From contig CBDEGZ010000003.1 in NCBI GenBank assembly GCA_965238175.1, forward strand, positions 2,144,001-2,208,000: a DNA stretch of 64,000 nt, read 5' to 3'. The DNA comes from Gammaproteobacteria bacterium. Its GTDB lineage: Bacteria; Pseudomonadota; Gammaproteobacteria; CAJXQU01. Below the pieces are notes generated by a model, which saw only the letters and a program-made list of their open reading frames with translations, searched no databases and was not told where the DNA came from. Position 1 is the stretch's first letter; each line of letters starts with the position of its first letter. Of the stretch, positions 40,849-51,482 are shown in pieces. A program made the position numbers and the translations under genes.

Positions 40849-41598
40849 ATGAAACAATACTTATTTCCTGTCATTTTAACGTTTCTCATCAATATCTCCG
40901 CCCAGGCCGAATTGCCTGGGTCATTCTCAGCTGTTTATACGCTCCATTACGACGATCTTCGTGTTGGTATTATGGAACGTCACTATATAGATAAGAAAGA
41001 TGGCACAGGCACTTTTGAGTCGTTTGGAAAATTAACCGGTTTGGCTGCACTCTTTCGTAAAGATCAAATAAATGAAAGTAGTCGTTGGGAGATGAAGCAC
41101 GGAATGTTACGCCCTGTTGTTTATAAATATGAAAAGACTGGCGGTGACAAGGTGAAAAAGGAAGTACATCGTTTTGACTGGAAGAAAAACACCGTCACCA
41201 GTGTTACTGATTCAGGTAAAAACCAATTAGCCTTAAAACCTGGCCTGTTAGATAAACTACTCTATCAACTGGCAGTTATGCAGATTGAAGATCCAAAAGC
41301 AGGACTAAGTTATAATTTGATCGATGGTACTGATCTGAAAAATTATCAGTTTGAGTTTATGGGGGAAGAAGAATTATCAACCCCAATGGGTAAATTAAAG
41401 GCTTTTAAGTTTCAACGTAAACGAGACAATAAAAAACCCAAAGAGCAGACGAATGATTTAACAAATAAAAGTGCTAAACGAAGCACAATTATCTGGTGTG
41501 CTCCGTCCTTGCATTACTTACCGATTCGGGTTGACAATATCGACAAAAAAGGCCATCTGACCTCTATTGTTATTAAAAGTGTCAAAGGTCTGAATTAA
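40849..41598 (+). CDS. DUF3108 domain exported protein
   Basis: Signal peptide, GEEELSTPMG and WCAPSLHYLPIR. Confidence 0.8.
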   Translation: MKQYLFPVILTFLINISAQAELPGSFSAVYTLHYDDLRVGIMERHYIDKKDGTGTFESFGKLTGLAALFRKDQINESSRWEMKHGMLRPVVYKYEKTGGDKVKKEVHRFDWKKNTVTSVTDSGKNQLALKPGLLDKLLYQLAVMQIEDPKAGLSYNLIDGTDLKNYQFEFMGEEELSTPMGKLKAFKFQRKRDNKKPKEQTNDLTNKSAKRSTIIWCAPSLHYLPIRVDNIDKKGHLTSIVIKSVKGLN

Positions 41599-41636
41599 AT
41601 TAACAACACACAGGATTAATCATCATGATCTATTAT

Positions 41637-42371
41637 TTATAATCCGCCCTTAAAAAATCGAACCAGTTCTTCAGCAGGAATGTAACCACCCATTTCTTTG
41701 CCCGTAGACAAATAAACAGAAGGTGTGCCACGCACACCCATTGATTTACCCATATTATATTGATCTGCAACGCGGCTATCACACACCGCCGGATCTATAT
41801 TTTGACCAGATTTTGCAGCTGTTAAAGCTGACTTTTTATCATCCGCGCACCAGGCTGATTCAGCTGCAGTATAAGCAGATGACTCTAATCCAGCTCGAGG
41901 AAACGCAAGATAACGAACCGCAATGCCATTATCATTAAGTGTCTTCATCTGATTATGAAATTTTTGACAGTAACCACAATCAATATCAGTGTAAACGTAG
42001 AGGACATGTTCAGTTTTTTCAGGAGCGTATTCGATCAGTTTATTTACATCAATATTTTCAAAAGTCGTACCTCTCGCAGCCATTCGAGTATTCTCAGTTA
42101 AATTTTGTCGATCAACCAAATCCATTAAATCGCCTTCAAAAACATAGCGACCATCGTCCGACATATAAACAACCTTGCCATTATCAAAAACGATTTCATA
42201 CAAACCAGCTACTGGTGTAGGTGTAATCGAGTTCAATACAACATTCTCGCCGAGCACTTCTTTAATTTTTCCCGTGAGCATTTTTTCCGTTTCCGGATTT
42301 GTCTCTGCATGTGCAGAAGTAATCAACGTAGCCGTGAACAACAACGCGATAATTAATTTAAGTTTTTGCAT
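41637..42371 (-). CDS. dsbC: Thiol:disulfide interchange protein DsbC
   Basis: TDIDCGYC, LAFPRAG and GVRGTP. Confidence 0.93.
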   Translation of the reverse strand: MQKLKLIIALLFTATLITSAHAETNPETEKMLTGKIKEVLGENVVLNSITPTPVAGLYEIVFDNGKVVYMSDDGRYVFEGDLMDLVDRQNLTENTRMAARGTTFENIDVNKLIEYAPEKTEHVLYVYTDIDCGYCQKFHNQMKTLNDNGIAVRYLAFPRAGLESSAYTAAESAWCADDKKSALTAAKSGQNIDPAVCDSRVADQYNMGKSMGVRGTPSVYLSTGKEMGGYIPAEELVRFFKGGL

Positions 42372-42512
42372 GTTTAAGGTGGCTCCTATAAATTTTTAGA
42401 TTGATCTAACAAGGCAAGTTTTATTCCTGAAAATACTTTATCAGCTAATTCTATCAGACTACAATTCCTATGGCAGGTTCCCTGAAGAAAATCACTGTAA
42501 CCTTAAATAAAA

Positions 42513-43904
42513 TTAATAGCGTTGCAGAACTTTAGTAATAAAATCTAAAAAACCAATGTCGTCATAACCAGATCCGACTAAATAAACAACCACAAAGACA
42601 ACTGTAACTATCCCAACTCCTATAATTAAAAACATAAAAATCCTTTCTATAAACTGGACAATATTCTTTAGAGTTATTGCTAATCCATTAATAAAATAAT
42701 TTATTGCAGCTATAAATCCAGAAATAACCTTTGAAAAAACAAGACTAATCAATCCAAAAAAAGAATGCTTTTCTGAATGGCCAGAAGGCGATCCTAAATT
42801 TTGTGCAAAATGCCTAGATCGTTTTTCTAGTAGAATTTGTCTTTCTAACTCGTTGCGCTTTGCATCTTCATTAATGACAGTCCTCAGTGCAGCAGGAAAA
42901 AACGCTTGCTCTGATGCTTCTATTTCCGCGACGTCTTCTGAAACTTCCGCAGCGACGACATCTTCTGAAACTTCCGCAGCGACGACATCTTCTGAAACTT
43001 CCGCAGCGACGACGTCTTCTGAAACTTCCGGAGCGACGACGTCTTCTGAAACTTCCGGAGCGACGACGTCTTCTGAAACTTTCGCAGCGACGACATCTTC
43101 TGAAACTTCCGGAGCTACGACGTCTTCTGAAACTTCCGGAGCTGTTGTATCCGGAAATCTATGTTTTTTGTGGCTGCGTATTACTCGAGCAATAAAATCA
43201 TCAGCAGCCTTTATAGCTCTAGTCAGCTCAAAAAGTGACGCTTTTTCAATTTTATCTTCAATCTGATGAGCAACTTGTAAACAATGCACCGATAGTTGTT
43301 TATACTTTTTAGCTCTAGTTGGAATAACAACAATATCTCGTTGTAAAATATCTGCCTGTTTTTTAAGTGTATGGACACGTTGTGTCAAAAGCATAATCGC
43401 TTCTTCTCGCAACTTAATTCTTTGAGCCTGTCGAAGATCTATACTTTTTTCGTATAACTCACTGGCCATGATGAGTAATTCTTCAATATCCGGTAAGGCA
43501 GCAATATCAACACTTTCTTTACAAACTGAGGCTATTTTCCGGCAATCTTCCGCAAGCAATTTAAATTCTGCTTTTAAACCAGGCCATCTACCTGCCTCTA
43601 GTTCAAGTCCTGTGGCTTCCTGTTTGAGGTGGTTAATCCGTAATTTTAACCGTAGACGACGGCCTTCTGTAAGAAAAGCATTCGCTGTTCTCAGAGACGA
43701 TAACTCTAGATCTCTATTGTTTTGTTGGCGATTTTGTTGAATTTTTTTAGCAGCGACACTGCAATCGGCCGAATGTTTCTTTAATGATCGTTCGTAATCC
43801 GGGAACTGTCGAGATAACTGATCAAAATAACGCACCTCGCTTTGTAGTTGTACGACAGCTTGTTCTATGTTTTGTACTTTGATATTTTGCTTACCTACCG
43901 ACAT
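42513..43904 (-). CDS. Hypothetical helical protein with acidic tandem repeats and C-terminal TM
   Basis: 463-aa ORF. Confidence 0.7.
   Translation of the reverse strand: MSVGKQNIKVQNIEQAVVQLQSEVRYFDQLSRQFPDYERSLKKHSADCSVAAKKIQQNRQQNNRDLELSSLRTANAFLTEGRRLRLKLRINHLKQEATGLELEAGRWPGLKAEFKLLAEDCRKIASVCKESVDIAALPDIEELLIMASELYEKSIDLRQAQRIKLREEAIMLLTQRVHTLKKQADILQRDIVVIPTRAKKYKQLSVHCLQVAHQIEDKIEKASLFELTRAIKAADDFIARVIRSHKKHRFPDTTAPEVSEDVVAPEVSEDVVAAKVSEDVVAPEVSEDVVAPEVSEDVVAAEVSEDVVAAEVSEDVVAAEVSEDVAEIEASEQAFFPAALRTVINEDAKRNELERQILLEKRSRHFAQNLGSPSGHSEKHSFFGLISLVFSKVISGFIAAINYFINGLAITLKNIVQFIERIFMFLIIGVGIVTVVFVVVYLVGSGYDDIGFLDFITKVLQRY
42928..43143. repeat. 27-bp coding tandem repeat, about 8 copies (xEVSEDVVA)
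   Basis: gcgacgac(a/g)tcttctgaaacttccg(c/g)a units. Confidence 0.92.
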
Positions 43905-44047
43905 TTTAGGCTTAATTATCTTCCTTTTATAATTGATTAATCCTTAGTGTAACTTATAATAATAAATAGTTAAAATATTGTTTTTTAATAAATATTAAAA
44001 AATTTTAGTACTAGATATCTAGTACTTCTCTATAGTGAGTTCTCCTA

Positions 44048-44438
44048 TTATTCACCCATACAAATCTGAAGAAATGCCTGAACGGCTCTAGAACGTAAAT
44101 CCTTTTTCGGTGCAATCAGGTTTAAGTGCCACATCAAACCATAAAGATGGATTGATTTTGAGTGGCACTAGTTCTGACGTTGCGTGACGTAGCGCTTGTA
44201 ATGAAGCAAAACTAATTCCAAGTTCAGCTCTTACAGAACCTAAAACGCCAGCAGCACCTTGTACTTCTATGTTTATAGGAGCGGTCTATTCCGTGATCGA
44301 CCAATGTCGATTCAATAAGTTGCCTCGCACCTGATTGAGATTCCCGCCATATGACCTGATACTCATTAAAAACCCTTTAAAGGCACTCCGTCGGGGGTAT
44401 TTTTTGATCAATTCGTGATCATCACGAACAACCAGAAC
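44048..44438 (-). pseudogene. Degenerate duplicate of the 3' part of the LysR gene at 59167-59553
   Basis: Near-identical nucleotide sequence with scattered substitutions and small indels. Confidence 0.9.
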
Positions 44439-44545
44439 TATGGCTATCGTGCTGCCCAGAAAACACTCTGTTTTGGGTGTAAGCTCCATGTGGTATCTAC
44501 ACAGGCTTCTGTCCATGACATCCATTATCTCAATGATGTTAAAAC
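44436..44545 (+). pseudogene. IS982-like transposase fragment
   Basis: YGYRAAQKTLCFGCKLH...ASVHDIHYLNDVK. Confidence 0.55.
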
Positions 44546-44601
44546 GCCGTTTTTAGAGGCCCTTAAACGTAAAAATCAAACGAATTTCAAAGCTGTAGGA
44601 A

Positions 44602-44870
44602 CTAAGCCGCATTGAGTAACATTTGTATTTATTAGTGCTGGCGCTATATATCCAATCGTCGAATTAATTCTTTTGTTGTTATAATTCCGGATGTAATGCT
44701 CAACAGCTGACACAACTGCTTGATGATTAATGAATGATAGTCCGTTTAAATATTCGCTTTTTAGACTTCTAAAAAATCGTTCTTGAACAGCATTATGCCC
44801 AAAACACTTCGTGGGGCAGGCTCTCCCAGCAGTTACCTCTTCTACTCATACTTTGAGTGATGTTGTGCAA
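44602..44870 (-). pseudogene. IS3-family OrfB C-terminal remnant containing the 28-nt insert
   Basis: ITQSMSRRGNCW | insert | DNAVQERFFRSLKSE. Confidence 0.85.
44797..44824 (-). repeat. 28-nt hairpin insert, copy 2
   Basis: AGAGCCTGCCCCACGAAGTGTTTTGGGC, one mismatch to copy 1. Confidence 0.9.
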
Positions 44871-45168
44871 TGACAATGTTTGTTTGAATAGGCTATCAAG
44901 TCCTACAAGTTTATTAAACCATTGCAACCCTTCAATCCGACACTGAGGAAAGCAAAAAAGCGTATCAGAGACACTTTTCTCGCCGCTGTACCAATTTATG
45001 ATCAGGCGCATTTATGTCAAATCATTTCATGGCTTTTCGACGAAAATACTGTCGAAAATTACAGCGTTAACTATCCTTTAATGGTTCAGTAAATAGATCT
45101 GGAATAACATCAATCACCTGAAATCGTGACCGCCTAAACACACTACGGGTTGTCTATAGTTATCAACC

Positions 45169-45185
45169 ATGCGTCAAATGACGTA
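45169..45185. promoter_or_regulatory. Candidate response-regulator binding site
   Basis: ATGCGTCAAATGACGTA imperfect palindrome; related copy at 56414. Confidence 0.55.
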
Positions 45186-45278
45186 GTTCGGTAGTGTAAT
45201 TAACTAATTCTGAGATCTCATATCGTTCAGCATAATTACCTCAAAACACTTTTACAACCAAAGTAGAGAGGTAGGAAA

Positions 45279-46541
45279 ATGCGACAATTTAATAAAAATA
45301 ACCCGCTATTTAGCATACGGCGGCGTTTTGTGAAAAGTTTGATGATATTACCAGCAACCCTTTTTTTCTCCACGATAAGCCTTGCTGGTGGGCCAGCTAC
45401 GTCTGAAGTTAACACAACAGGCCTCGCTGTGACTGATGATACTGTTACAATCGGTATCCTCCATTCTATTACCGGCACTATGGCGATTAGTGAAACGGGT
45501 TCTGTGCAAGCCGAAAAGCTTGCAATCGAACAGATTAATGCGAGTGGCGGCGTATTGGGTCGCCAGATTAAATTCATACAGGAAGATGGTGCTAGTGACT
45601 GGCCAACTTTTGCCGAAAAATCTAAAAAGCTTCTGGTTAATGACAAAGTAGCAGCGGTGTTTGGATGTTGGACATCAGCTTCCAGAAAAGCAGTTCTACC
45701 TATTTTTGAGCAATACAACGGAATGTTGTATTACCCTACCTTTTACGAAGGTTTAGAGGCGTCACCAAACGTTATTTATACTGGGCAGGAAGCAACCCAG
45801 CAGATTCTTGCAGGAATCGATTGGGTTGTTGAAAACAAAGGAGCTAAAAGTTTCTTCTTGCTGGGTTCGGACTATATCTGGCCGCGAACTTCAAACAAAA
45901 TCGCTCGAAAACACATTGAGAAGCTTGGACTTAAAGTTGTGGGTGAGGAGTATTATCCACTTGGGCATACACAGTTCAATTCGGTTATCAATAAAATCAA
46001 ACTGAAAAAACCTGATGTTATCTATCCAATTGTTGTTGGAGGCTCAAATGTGGCTTTCTACAAACAACTTAAAGCAGCAGGTATTGATATGACCAAAGAA
46101 AAACCTTTGCTCTTAACAAATTCAGTTACTGAAGATGAGGTTCTGGGGATTGGTGGTGAAAACATCGTTGGTGCTTATACTGCTGCGAAATACTTTCAAC
46201 GTTTGGATAATGAAAATAACAAAGCATTTGTTAAAGCATTTAAAAAACGTTGGGGGGATCAAATAGTTATTGGTGATGTTACTCACGCAGCCTACCTCAG
46301 CGCATGGTTATGGAAGGGAGCGGTAGAAAAAGCTGGATCATTTGATATTGACAAAGTTCGTGAAGCATCTGTAGGTATTGAATTAACCACTGCTCCAGTA
46401 GGTTATGTGAAGATTCACGCTAATCACCATCTATGGGCTAAAACAAGAATTGGTCAGGCTAGAAGTGACGGCCAATATGACATTGTTTTTGAAACGGATG
46501 AGTTGGTTGAACCCGATCCTTTTCCAGAAGGTTATCAATAA
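45279..46541 (+). CDS. urtA: Urea/short-chain amide ABC transporter substrate-binding protein
   Basis: GILHSITGTMAISE and FGCWTSASRKAV. Confidence 0.9.
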   Translation: MRQFNKNNPLFSIRRRFVKSLMILPATLFFSTISLAGGPATSEVNTTGLAVTDDTVTIGILHSITGTMAISETGSVQAEKLAIEQINASGGVLGRQIKFIQEDGASDWPTFAEKSKKLLVNDKVAAVFGCWTSASRKAVLPIFEQYNGMLYYPTFYEGLEASPNVIYTGQEATQQILAGIDWVVENKGAKSFFLLGSDYIWPRTSNKIARKHIEKLGLKVVGEEYYPLGHTQFNSVINKIKLKKPDVIYPIVVGGSNVAFYKQLKAAGIDMTKEKPLLLTNSVTEDEVLGIGGENIVGAYTAAKYFQRLDNENNKAFVKAFKKRWGDQIVIGDVTHAAYLSAWLWKGAVEKAGSFDIDKVREASVGIELTTAPVGYVKIHANHHLWAKTRIGQARSDGQYDIVFETDELVEPDPFPEGYQ

Positions 46542-46558
46542 GTAAACACGTGGTCATT

Positions 46559-46590
46559 GCGGCCTGGATATCTGTCTAGGCCGCCTTTTT
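46559..46590 (+). terminator. Hairpin with U-tract after urtA
   Basis: GCGGCCTGGA...TCTAGGCCGC-CTTTTT. Confidence 0.55.
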
Positions 46591-46632
46591 CCTACCGACT
46601 TATTTAATTACCTAACATAAGAGGATAATGTA

Positions 46633-47559
46633 ATGTTTGCTGAATATTCAATGGCCGAACTTACTTCGATTTTTGCAATGCAAGGTTTTGCCGGTCTTAT
46701 ACTATTTTCAGTTTTTGTGTTGATGGCGTTAGGTCTGGCAATAATTTTTGGACAGATGGGTGTCATCAACATGGCTCATGGTGAATTTATGATCCTTGGT
46801 GCTTATATCACATACCTCACTTCTACATTTTTCACAAACTATTTACCCAGTTTGTTCACGGGTTACTTTTTTATAGCAATGATCTTGGCTTTTATCGTGA
46901 CCTTTGTTTTTGGTGCATTTGTTGAGTGGGCAATGATACGGCATTTGTACAAAAGGCCACTCGATACTCTACTTGCCACTTGGGGATTAAGTCTGATTAT
47001 GCAACAAGCGTTTCGCACAGTTTTTGGAGCCCGTGAAGTGGGAGTATCTTTACCAGACTGGATGATAGGTTCCTATGCTGTTACTGATGTGATTGAGATC
47101 CCAATCAATGGAATCTTCGTAATGATTCTAACTATTGTAGTCACCACGGCAGTTTATTTGATAATGCAGAGAACACGATTCGGCAAACAAACTCGAGCTG
47201 TTGTTCAAAATCGACCCATGGCTGCTGCAGTCGGAATTAATACAGAAAAGGCCGACCGTTATACTTTTGCATTAGGTTGTGGTACGGCCGGCATTGCAGG
47301 CTCAGCTTTCACTATGATTGGCTCAACTGGGCCAACTTCCGGTCAGCTCTATATCGTAGATACCTTTTTGGTTGTCGTTTTTGGTGGAGCATCAAGTTTA
47401 CTTGGTACAGTCGCTTCTGCATTCACTATTTCGCAGGCTCAATCAACAATGGAGTTTTTCCTGAGTGGTTCGATGGCTAAAGTACTCACCTTACTAACTG
47501 TTGTCGGGATTCTAATGCTTCGTCCGCAAGGTTTATTTTCACTCAAAATTCGTCGATAG
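46633..47559 (+). CDS. urtB: Urea/amide ABC permease
   Basis: GVINMAHGEF and RPLDTLLATWG. Confidence 0.9.
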   Translation: MFAEYSMAELTSIFAMQGFAGLILFSVFVLMALGLAIIFGQMGVINMAHGEFMILGAYITYLTSTFFTNYLPSLFTGYFFIAMILAFIVTFVFGAFVEWAMIRHLYKRPLDTLLATWGLSLIMQQAFRTVFGAREVGVSLPDWMIGSYAVTDVIEIPINGIFVMILTIVVTTAVYLIMQRTRFGKQTRAVVQNRPMAAAVGINTEKADRYTFALGCGTAGIAGSAFTMIGSTGPTSGQLYIVDTFLVVVFGGASSLLGTVASAFTISQAQSTMEFFLSGSMAKVLTLLTVVGILMLRPQGLFSLKIRR

Positions 47560-47568
47560 GAGATCACC

Positions 47569-48708
47569 ATGTCGTTTACTAAAATATGTGCATTAGTGCA
47601 AAAGAATAATCTGTTAAGTTTTGCAGTGCTAGCATTAATCATCATTGTTGTGATGCCATTGTCCCTAGATATTTTTCGTCTGAATCTAATGGGGAAATAT
47701 TTAACCTATGCTTTCGTTGCACTTGGACTCGTACTTTGCTGGGGTTATGGAGGTATTCTAAGCCTGGGACAAGGAGTATTTTTTGGTCTGGGTGGATATT
47801 GCATGGCAATGTTTCTTAAGATTGAAAATTCAAGTCCAGAACTTACTGCAATCCAGTCTACACCGGGTATCCCTGATTTTATGGACTGGAATTCGTTGAC
47901 TGAACTCCCATGGTTCTGGGAACCGTTTCATAGTTTTGGATTCACTTTGATAGCTGTATTAGTTGTTCCTGCTTTATTTGCATTCATTATCGGCTTTGCA
48001 ATGTTTAAACGACGAGTTAGCGGTGTTTATTTCGCCATTATTACTCAAGCTATTGCTGCGATACTAACGATCCTGATTATCGGACAACAAGGTTATACCG
48101 GTGGCTTGAATGGAATAACTGATTTTCGGACTATGCTTGGATGGGATATTCTCTCCGACTCAGCAAAATACGTACTCTATTTTGTCAATGCGATTCTGTT
48201 ATTTGTCTGTTTATTTGCTGCACAGTACGTTCTTAAAAGTAAACTTGGACGACTACTCGTTGCAATGCGTGAGCGTGAAGATCGAGTGAGGTTTTCTGGC
48301 TACGATGTGGCAAGTTTCAAAATATTTATATTCTGCTTAGCAGGAGTATTTTCTTCCATTGGTGGGGCAATGTTTACCTTACAGGTTGGTTTTATGTCAC
48401 CTTCTTTTGTTGGCATCGTCCCTTCAATTGAGATGGTTATATTTTGTGCTGTCGGCGGACGTCTTTCTATTCTTGGTGCTGTCTATGGAACTCTGATCGT
48501 TAATTATGCAAAAACAATTTTTTCTGAATCATTTCCAGAGTTGTGGCTTTTCGCGATGGGAGCTCTATTTATTGGTGTGGTGTTGGCGTTTCCTAACGGT
48601 CTCGCTGGGTTATATGAATCTTATTTTCAACCCACGTTGAAAAAGCTAAAAGTATATTTGCCAGCTCAGTTAGATGGTCAAAAAACAACAAGTAAAATCA
48701 CGGAATAG
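47569..48708 (+). CDS. urtC: Urea/amide ABC permease
   Basis: WGYGGILSLGQG and PGIPDFMDW. Confidence 0.9.
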   Translation: MSFTKICALVQKNNLLSFAVLALIIIVVMPLSLDIFRLNLMGKYLTYAFVALGLVLCWGYGGILSLGQGVFFGLGGYCMAMFLKIENSSPELTAIQSTPGIPDFMDWNSLTELPWFWEPFHSFGFTLIAVLVVPALFAFIIGFAMFKRRVSGVYFAIITQAIAAILTILIIGQQGYTGGLNGITDFRTMLGWDILSDSAKYVLYFVNAILLFVCLFAAQYVLKSKLGRLLVAMREREDRVRFSGYDVASFKIFIFCLAGVFSSIGGAMFTLQVGFMSPSFVGIVPSIEMVIFCAVGGRLSILGAVYGTLIVNYAKTIFSESFPELWLFAMGALFIGVVLAFPNGLAGLYESYFQPTLKKLKVYLPAQLDGQKTTSKITE

Positions 48709-48718
48709 GAGAGTAGAT

Positions 48719-49486
48719 ATGGGCATAACAAGCACAAAAAAAAAGAACCCTCAGGAAAACGTTTTAAGTGTTGAAGGATTAACTGTTTCGTTCGATGGGT
48801 TTAAGGCTGTTAATGATTTGTCACTATGTTTGAAGGATCAGGAAATACGAGTAATTATCGGTCCAAACGGTGCTGGCAAAACCACAGTTCTGGATTTGAT
48901 CTGCGGACGTACAAAAGCCACGTCAGGAACTATTAAATTTAAAGGACAGGAGCTTACGAAATTGAAAGAACATGGAATTGTTCGAGCAGGAGTTGGCAGA
49001 AAATTTCAAAACCCATCTATTTATGAAGATTTAACTGTTTTCGAAAATCTGGAAATTTCTTTTCCACGAGGACGTAGTGTTTGGGGCGCGCTAAAGTTTC
49101 GTAGAGATGCTGAGGTGATCAACAAAGTAAAAAAAATTGCCAGCATGATTTTCCTTGAAGATAAGCTTGAAACCTCGGCTGATTTGCTTAGTCATGGTCA
49201 GAAGCAGTGGTTAGAAATTGGCATGTTACTTATTCAGGATCCAGAGTTATTGATGCTCGATGAACCAGTCGCAGGAATGTCTGCTTCAGAAAGGAAACAA
49301 ACAGCAAAATTACTGCAAAGCATTACTAAAGATCGATCAGTTTTAGTCATTGAGCACGATATGCAATTTGTAGAAGACATCGCTGACAGCGTCACTGTAC
49401 TCCATCAAGGACAGGTGCTTTCGGAGGGTTCAATGGAACAAGTGCAGGCCGATCCTAAAGTTATTGAAGTTTACCTGGGACATTGA
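48719..49486 (+). CDS. urtD: Urea/amide ABC ATPase
   Basis: GPNGAGKT and LSHGQKQWLEIG. Confidence 0.9.
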   Translation: MGITSTKKKNPQENVLSVEGLTVSFDGFKAVNDLSLCLKDQEIRVIIGPNGAGKTTVLDLICGRTKATSGTIKFKGQELTKLKEHGIVRAGVGRKFQNPSIYEDLTVFENLEISFPRGRSVWGALKFRRDAEVINKVKKIASMIFLEDKLETSADLLSHGQKQWLEIGMLLIQDPELLMLDEPVAGMSASERKQTAKLLQSITKDRSVLVIEHDMQFVEDIADSVTVLHQGQVLSEGSMEQVQADPKVIEVYLGH

Positions 49487-49496
49487 GGGGAAAATT

Positions 49497-50186
49497 ATGT
49501 TTGAACTTAAAAATTATCACGTTGCATATGGCCAAAGTAAAGTGATTGATAATTTGAATTTCTCATTACATCCAAAAGAAATTGTAGCCATTCTAGGACG
49601 CAATGGTATGGGAAAAACCACCTTGATGAAGTCAATGATTGGCATGATTCCAACACGAGAAGGATCGATTAAATTAGAAGGGATAGAGCTAGGCGATATG
49701 AAGAGTCATCAACGTGTTGCAGCTGGGCTCGGTTTTGTTCCACAAGGACGCATGATTTTCTCTACGATGACTGTAGAAGAGAATATTGAGACAGGGTTAA
49801 CAAGCACAAAGGTAAAAAAAATCCCTCAGGATCTTTACTCTCTTTTTCCTGTGTTATCTGAAATGAAAGATAGACGAGGTGGTAATTTATCTGGTGGACA
49901 GCAACAACAACTGGCTATTGCGCGTGCTTTAGCAAGTGAACCCAGTGTGCTATTGCTCGATGAACCCACAGAAGGCATACAGCCTTCAATTATCAAGGAT
50001 ATGGCTCGCACCCTGAAGAAAATCCGTGATCAAAAAAATTTATCCATCATTGTATCCGAACAAGTTTTAAGTTTTGCACTTGATATAGCGGATCGAATCA
50101 TCGTCATCGAAAAAGGAAAGATCGTTCACGATGATCCACGTGATGCTGTTGATGAGACCAAAGTCGCTGCTTATCTATCAGTATAA
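49497..50186 (+). CDS. urtE: Urea/amide ABC ATPase
   Basis: GRNGMGKT, LSGGQQQQL and DEPTEGIQPS. Confidence 0.9.
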   Translation: MFELKNYHVAYGQSKVIDNLNFSLHPKEIVAILGRNGMGKTTLMKSMIGMIPTREGSIKLEGIELGDMKSHQRVAAGLGFVPQGRMIFSTMTVEENIETGLTSTKVKKIPQDLYSLFPVLSEMKDRRGGNLSGGQQQQLAIARALASEPSVLLLDEPTEGIQPSIIKDMARTLKKIRDQKNLSIIVSEQVLSFALDIADRIIVIEKGKIVHDDPRDAVDETKVAAYLSV

Positions 50187-50232
50187 CTTCAGATAACTCG
50201 ATACTACTAAATAAAATATAGGAGAAATTACT

Positions 50233-51465
50233 ATGACTGAAACTATTATTAAAATAGATCTTAATACTTCTGCATACGAACACGATAATGTTCACAATCG
50301 CTGGCACCCTGATATACCAATGGCTGCTATGGTTAAATCTGGCGATGATTTTAAAATAGAATGTTTTGACTGGACTGCAGGTCAAATCAAAAATAATGAC
50401 GATGCCTCAGATGTAAGAGATGTGGATCTGAGTCAAGTACACTTTTTGTCAGGGCCTGTTGGTGTAGAAGGTGCTGAACCTGGTGATCTTTTGGTGGTAG
50501 ATATTCTTGACATTGGCACATTCGAAGATAGTCAATGGGGTTTTAATGGTTTCTTTTCTAAGCAAAATGGTGGTGGTTTTTTAACAGAGCACTTTCCTGA
50601 AGCGCAGAAATCGATCTGGGATTTTAATGGCATGTTCACCAAGTCACGGCATATTCCAGGTGTGGAATTTGCAGGATTAATTCATCCAGGTCTGATTGGT
50701 TGTTTACCATCTAAAGAACTTCTTGATGAATGGAATACTCGTGAAACTGCGTTATTCAATACTGAACCAGAACGAGTCCCCCCTCTTGCAACGTTACCTT
50801 ATGCAGAAACTGCACATATGGGGCGTATGAGTGGTGATGAAGAAAAAACAGCGGCAGCAGAGGCAGCGCGCACCGTACCACCAAGAGAACATGGTGGAAA
50901 CTGTGATATCAAGGATTTATCTCGCGGATCAAAAGTTTACTTCCCTGTTTATGTTGAGGGCGGCGGTTTATCTGTTGGAGATCTTCATTTTAGTCAAGGT
51001 GATGGGGAAATCACATTTTGTGGTGCAATTGAAATGGCAGGGTGGATACACTTGCGCGTAAATCTGATCAAGGGTGGTATGGAGGAATACAGTATTAAAA
51101 ACCCTATTTTCAAGCCTAGCCCCATCACTCCACGATATGACGATTATCTCATTTTCGAAGGTATTTCAGTCGATGAGCAAGGTGAACAGCATTATCTGGA
51201 TGTGCAGATTGCGTATCGGCAAGCATGTTTGAACGCAATAGAATACCTTAAGAATTTTGGTTACTCGGGTGCACAAGCTTACGCTTTATTGGGTACAGCA
51301 CCTGTTCAAGGTCATATCAGTGGCGTCGTAGATATACCTAATGCCTGTGCAACACTTTGGCTGCCAACTGATATTTTTGAATTTGATATAAATCCTGGTG
51401 CAGATGGTCCTACAGAGTATCTGGATGGCAGTATTGATGTGCCATTAGCGCCTGATAAAAAATAG
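50233..51465 (+). CDS. fmdA: Formamidase (FmdA/AmdA family)
   Basis: HNRWHPDIP, PPREHGGNCDIK and GDLHFSQGDGE. Confidence 0.94.
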   Translation: MTETIIKIDLNTSAYEHDNVHNRWHPDIPMAAMVKSGDDFKIECFDWTAGQIKNNDDASDVRDVDLSQVHFLSGPVGVEGAEPGDLLVVDILDIGTFEDSQWGFNGFFSKQNGGGFLTEHFPEAQKSIWDFNGMFTKSRHIPGVEFAGLIHPGLIGCLPSKELLDEWNTRETALFNTEPERVPPLATLPYAETAHMGRMSGDEEKTAAAEAARTVPPREHGGNCDIKDLSRGSKVYFPVYVEGGGLSVGDLHFSQGDGEITFCGAIEMAGWIHLRVNLIKGGMEEYSIKNPIFKPSPITPRYDDYLIFEGISVDEQGEQHYLDVQIAYRQACLNAIEYLKNFGYSGAQAYALLGTAPVQGHISGVVDIPNACATLWLPTDIFEFDINPGADGPTEYLDGSIDVPLAPDKK

Positions 51466-51482
51466 AAAGGGAGTAATATAAT

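Noticed and set aside
42853-43266. Plus-strand repeat ORFs (TSSETSAAT and RRLLKLP)
   Set aside because: Antisense shadows of the 27-bp coding repeat.
45034-45058. Palindrome TTTTCGAC-N9-GTCGAAAA
   Set aside because: Single occurrence in a debris region; no function can be assigned.
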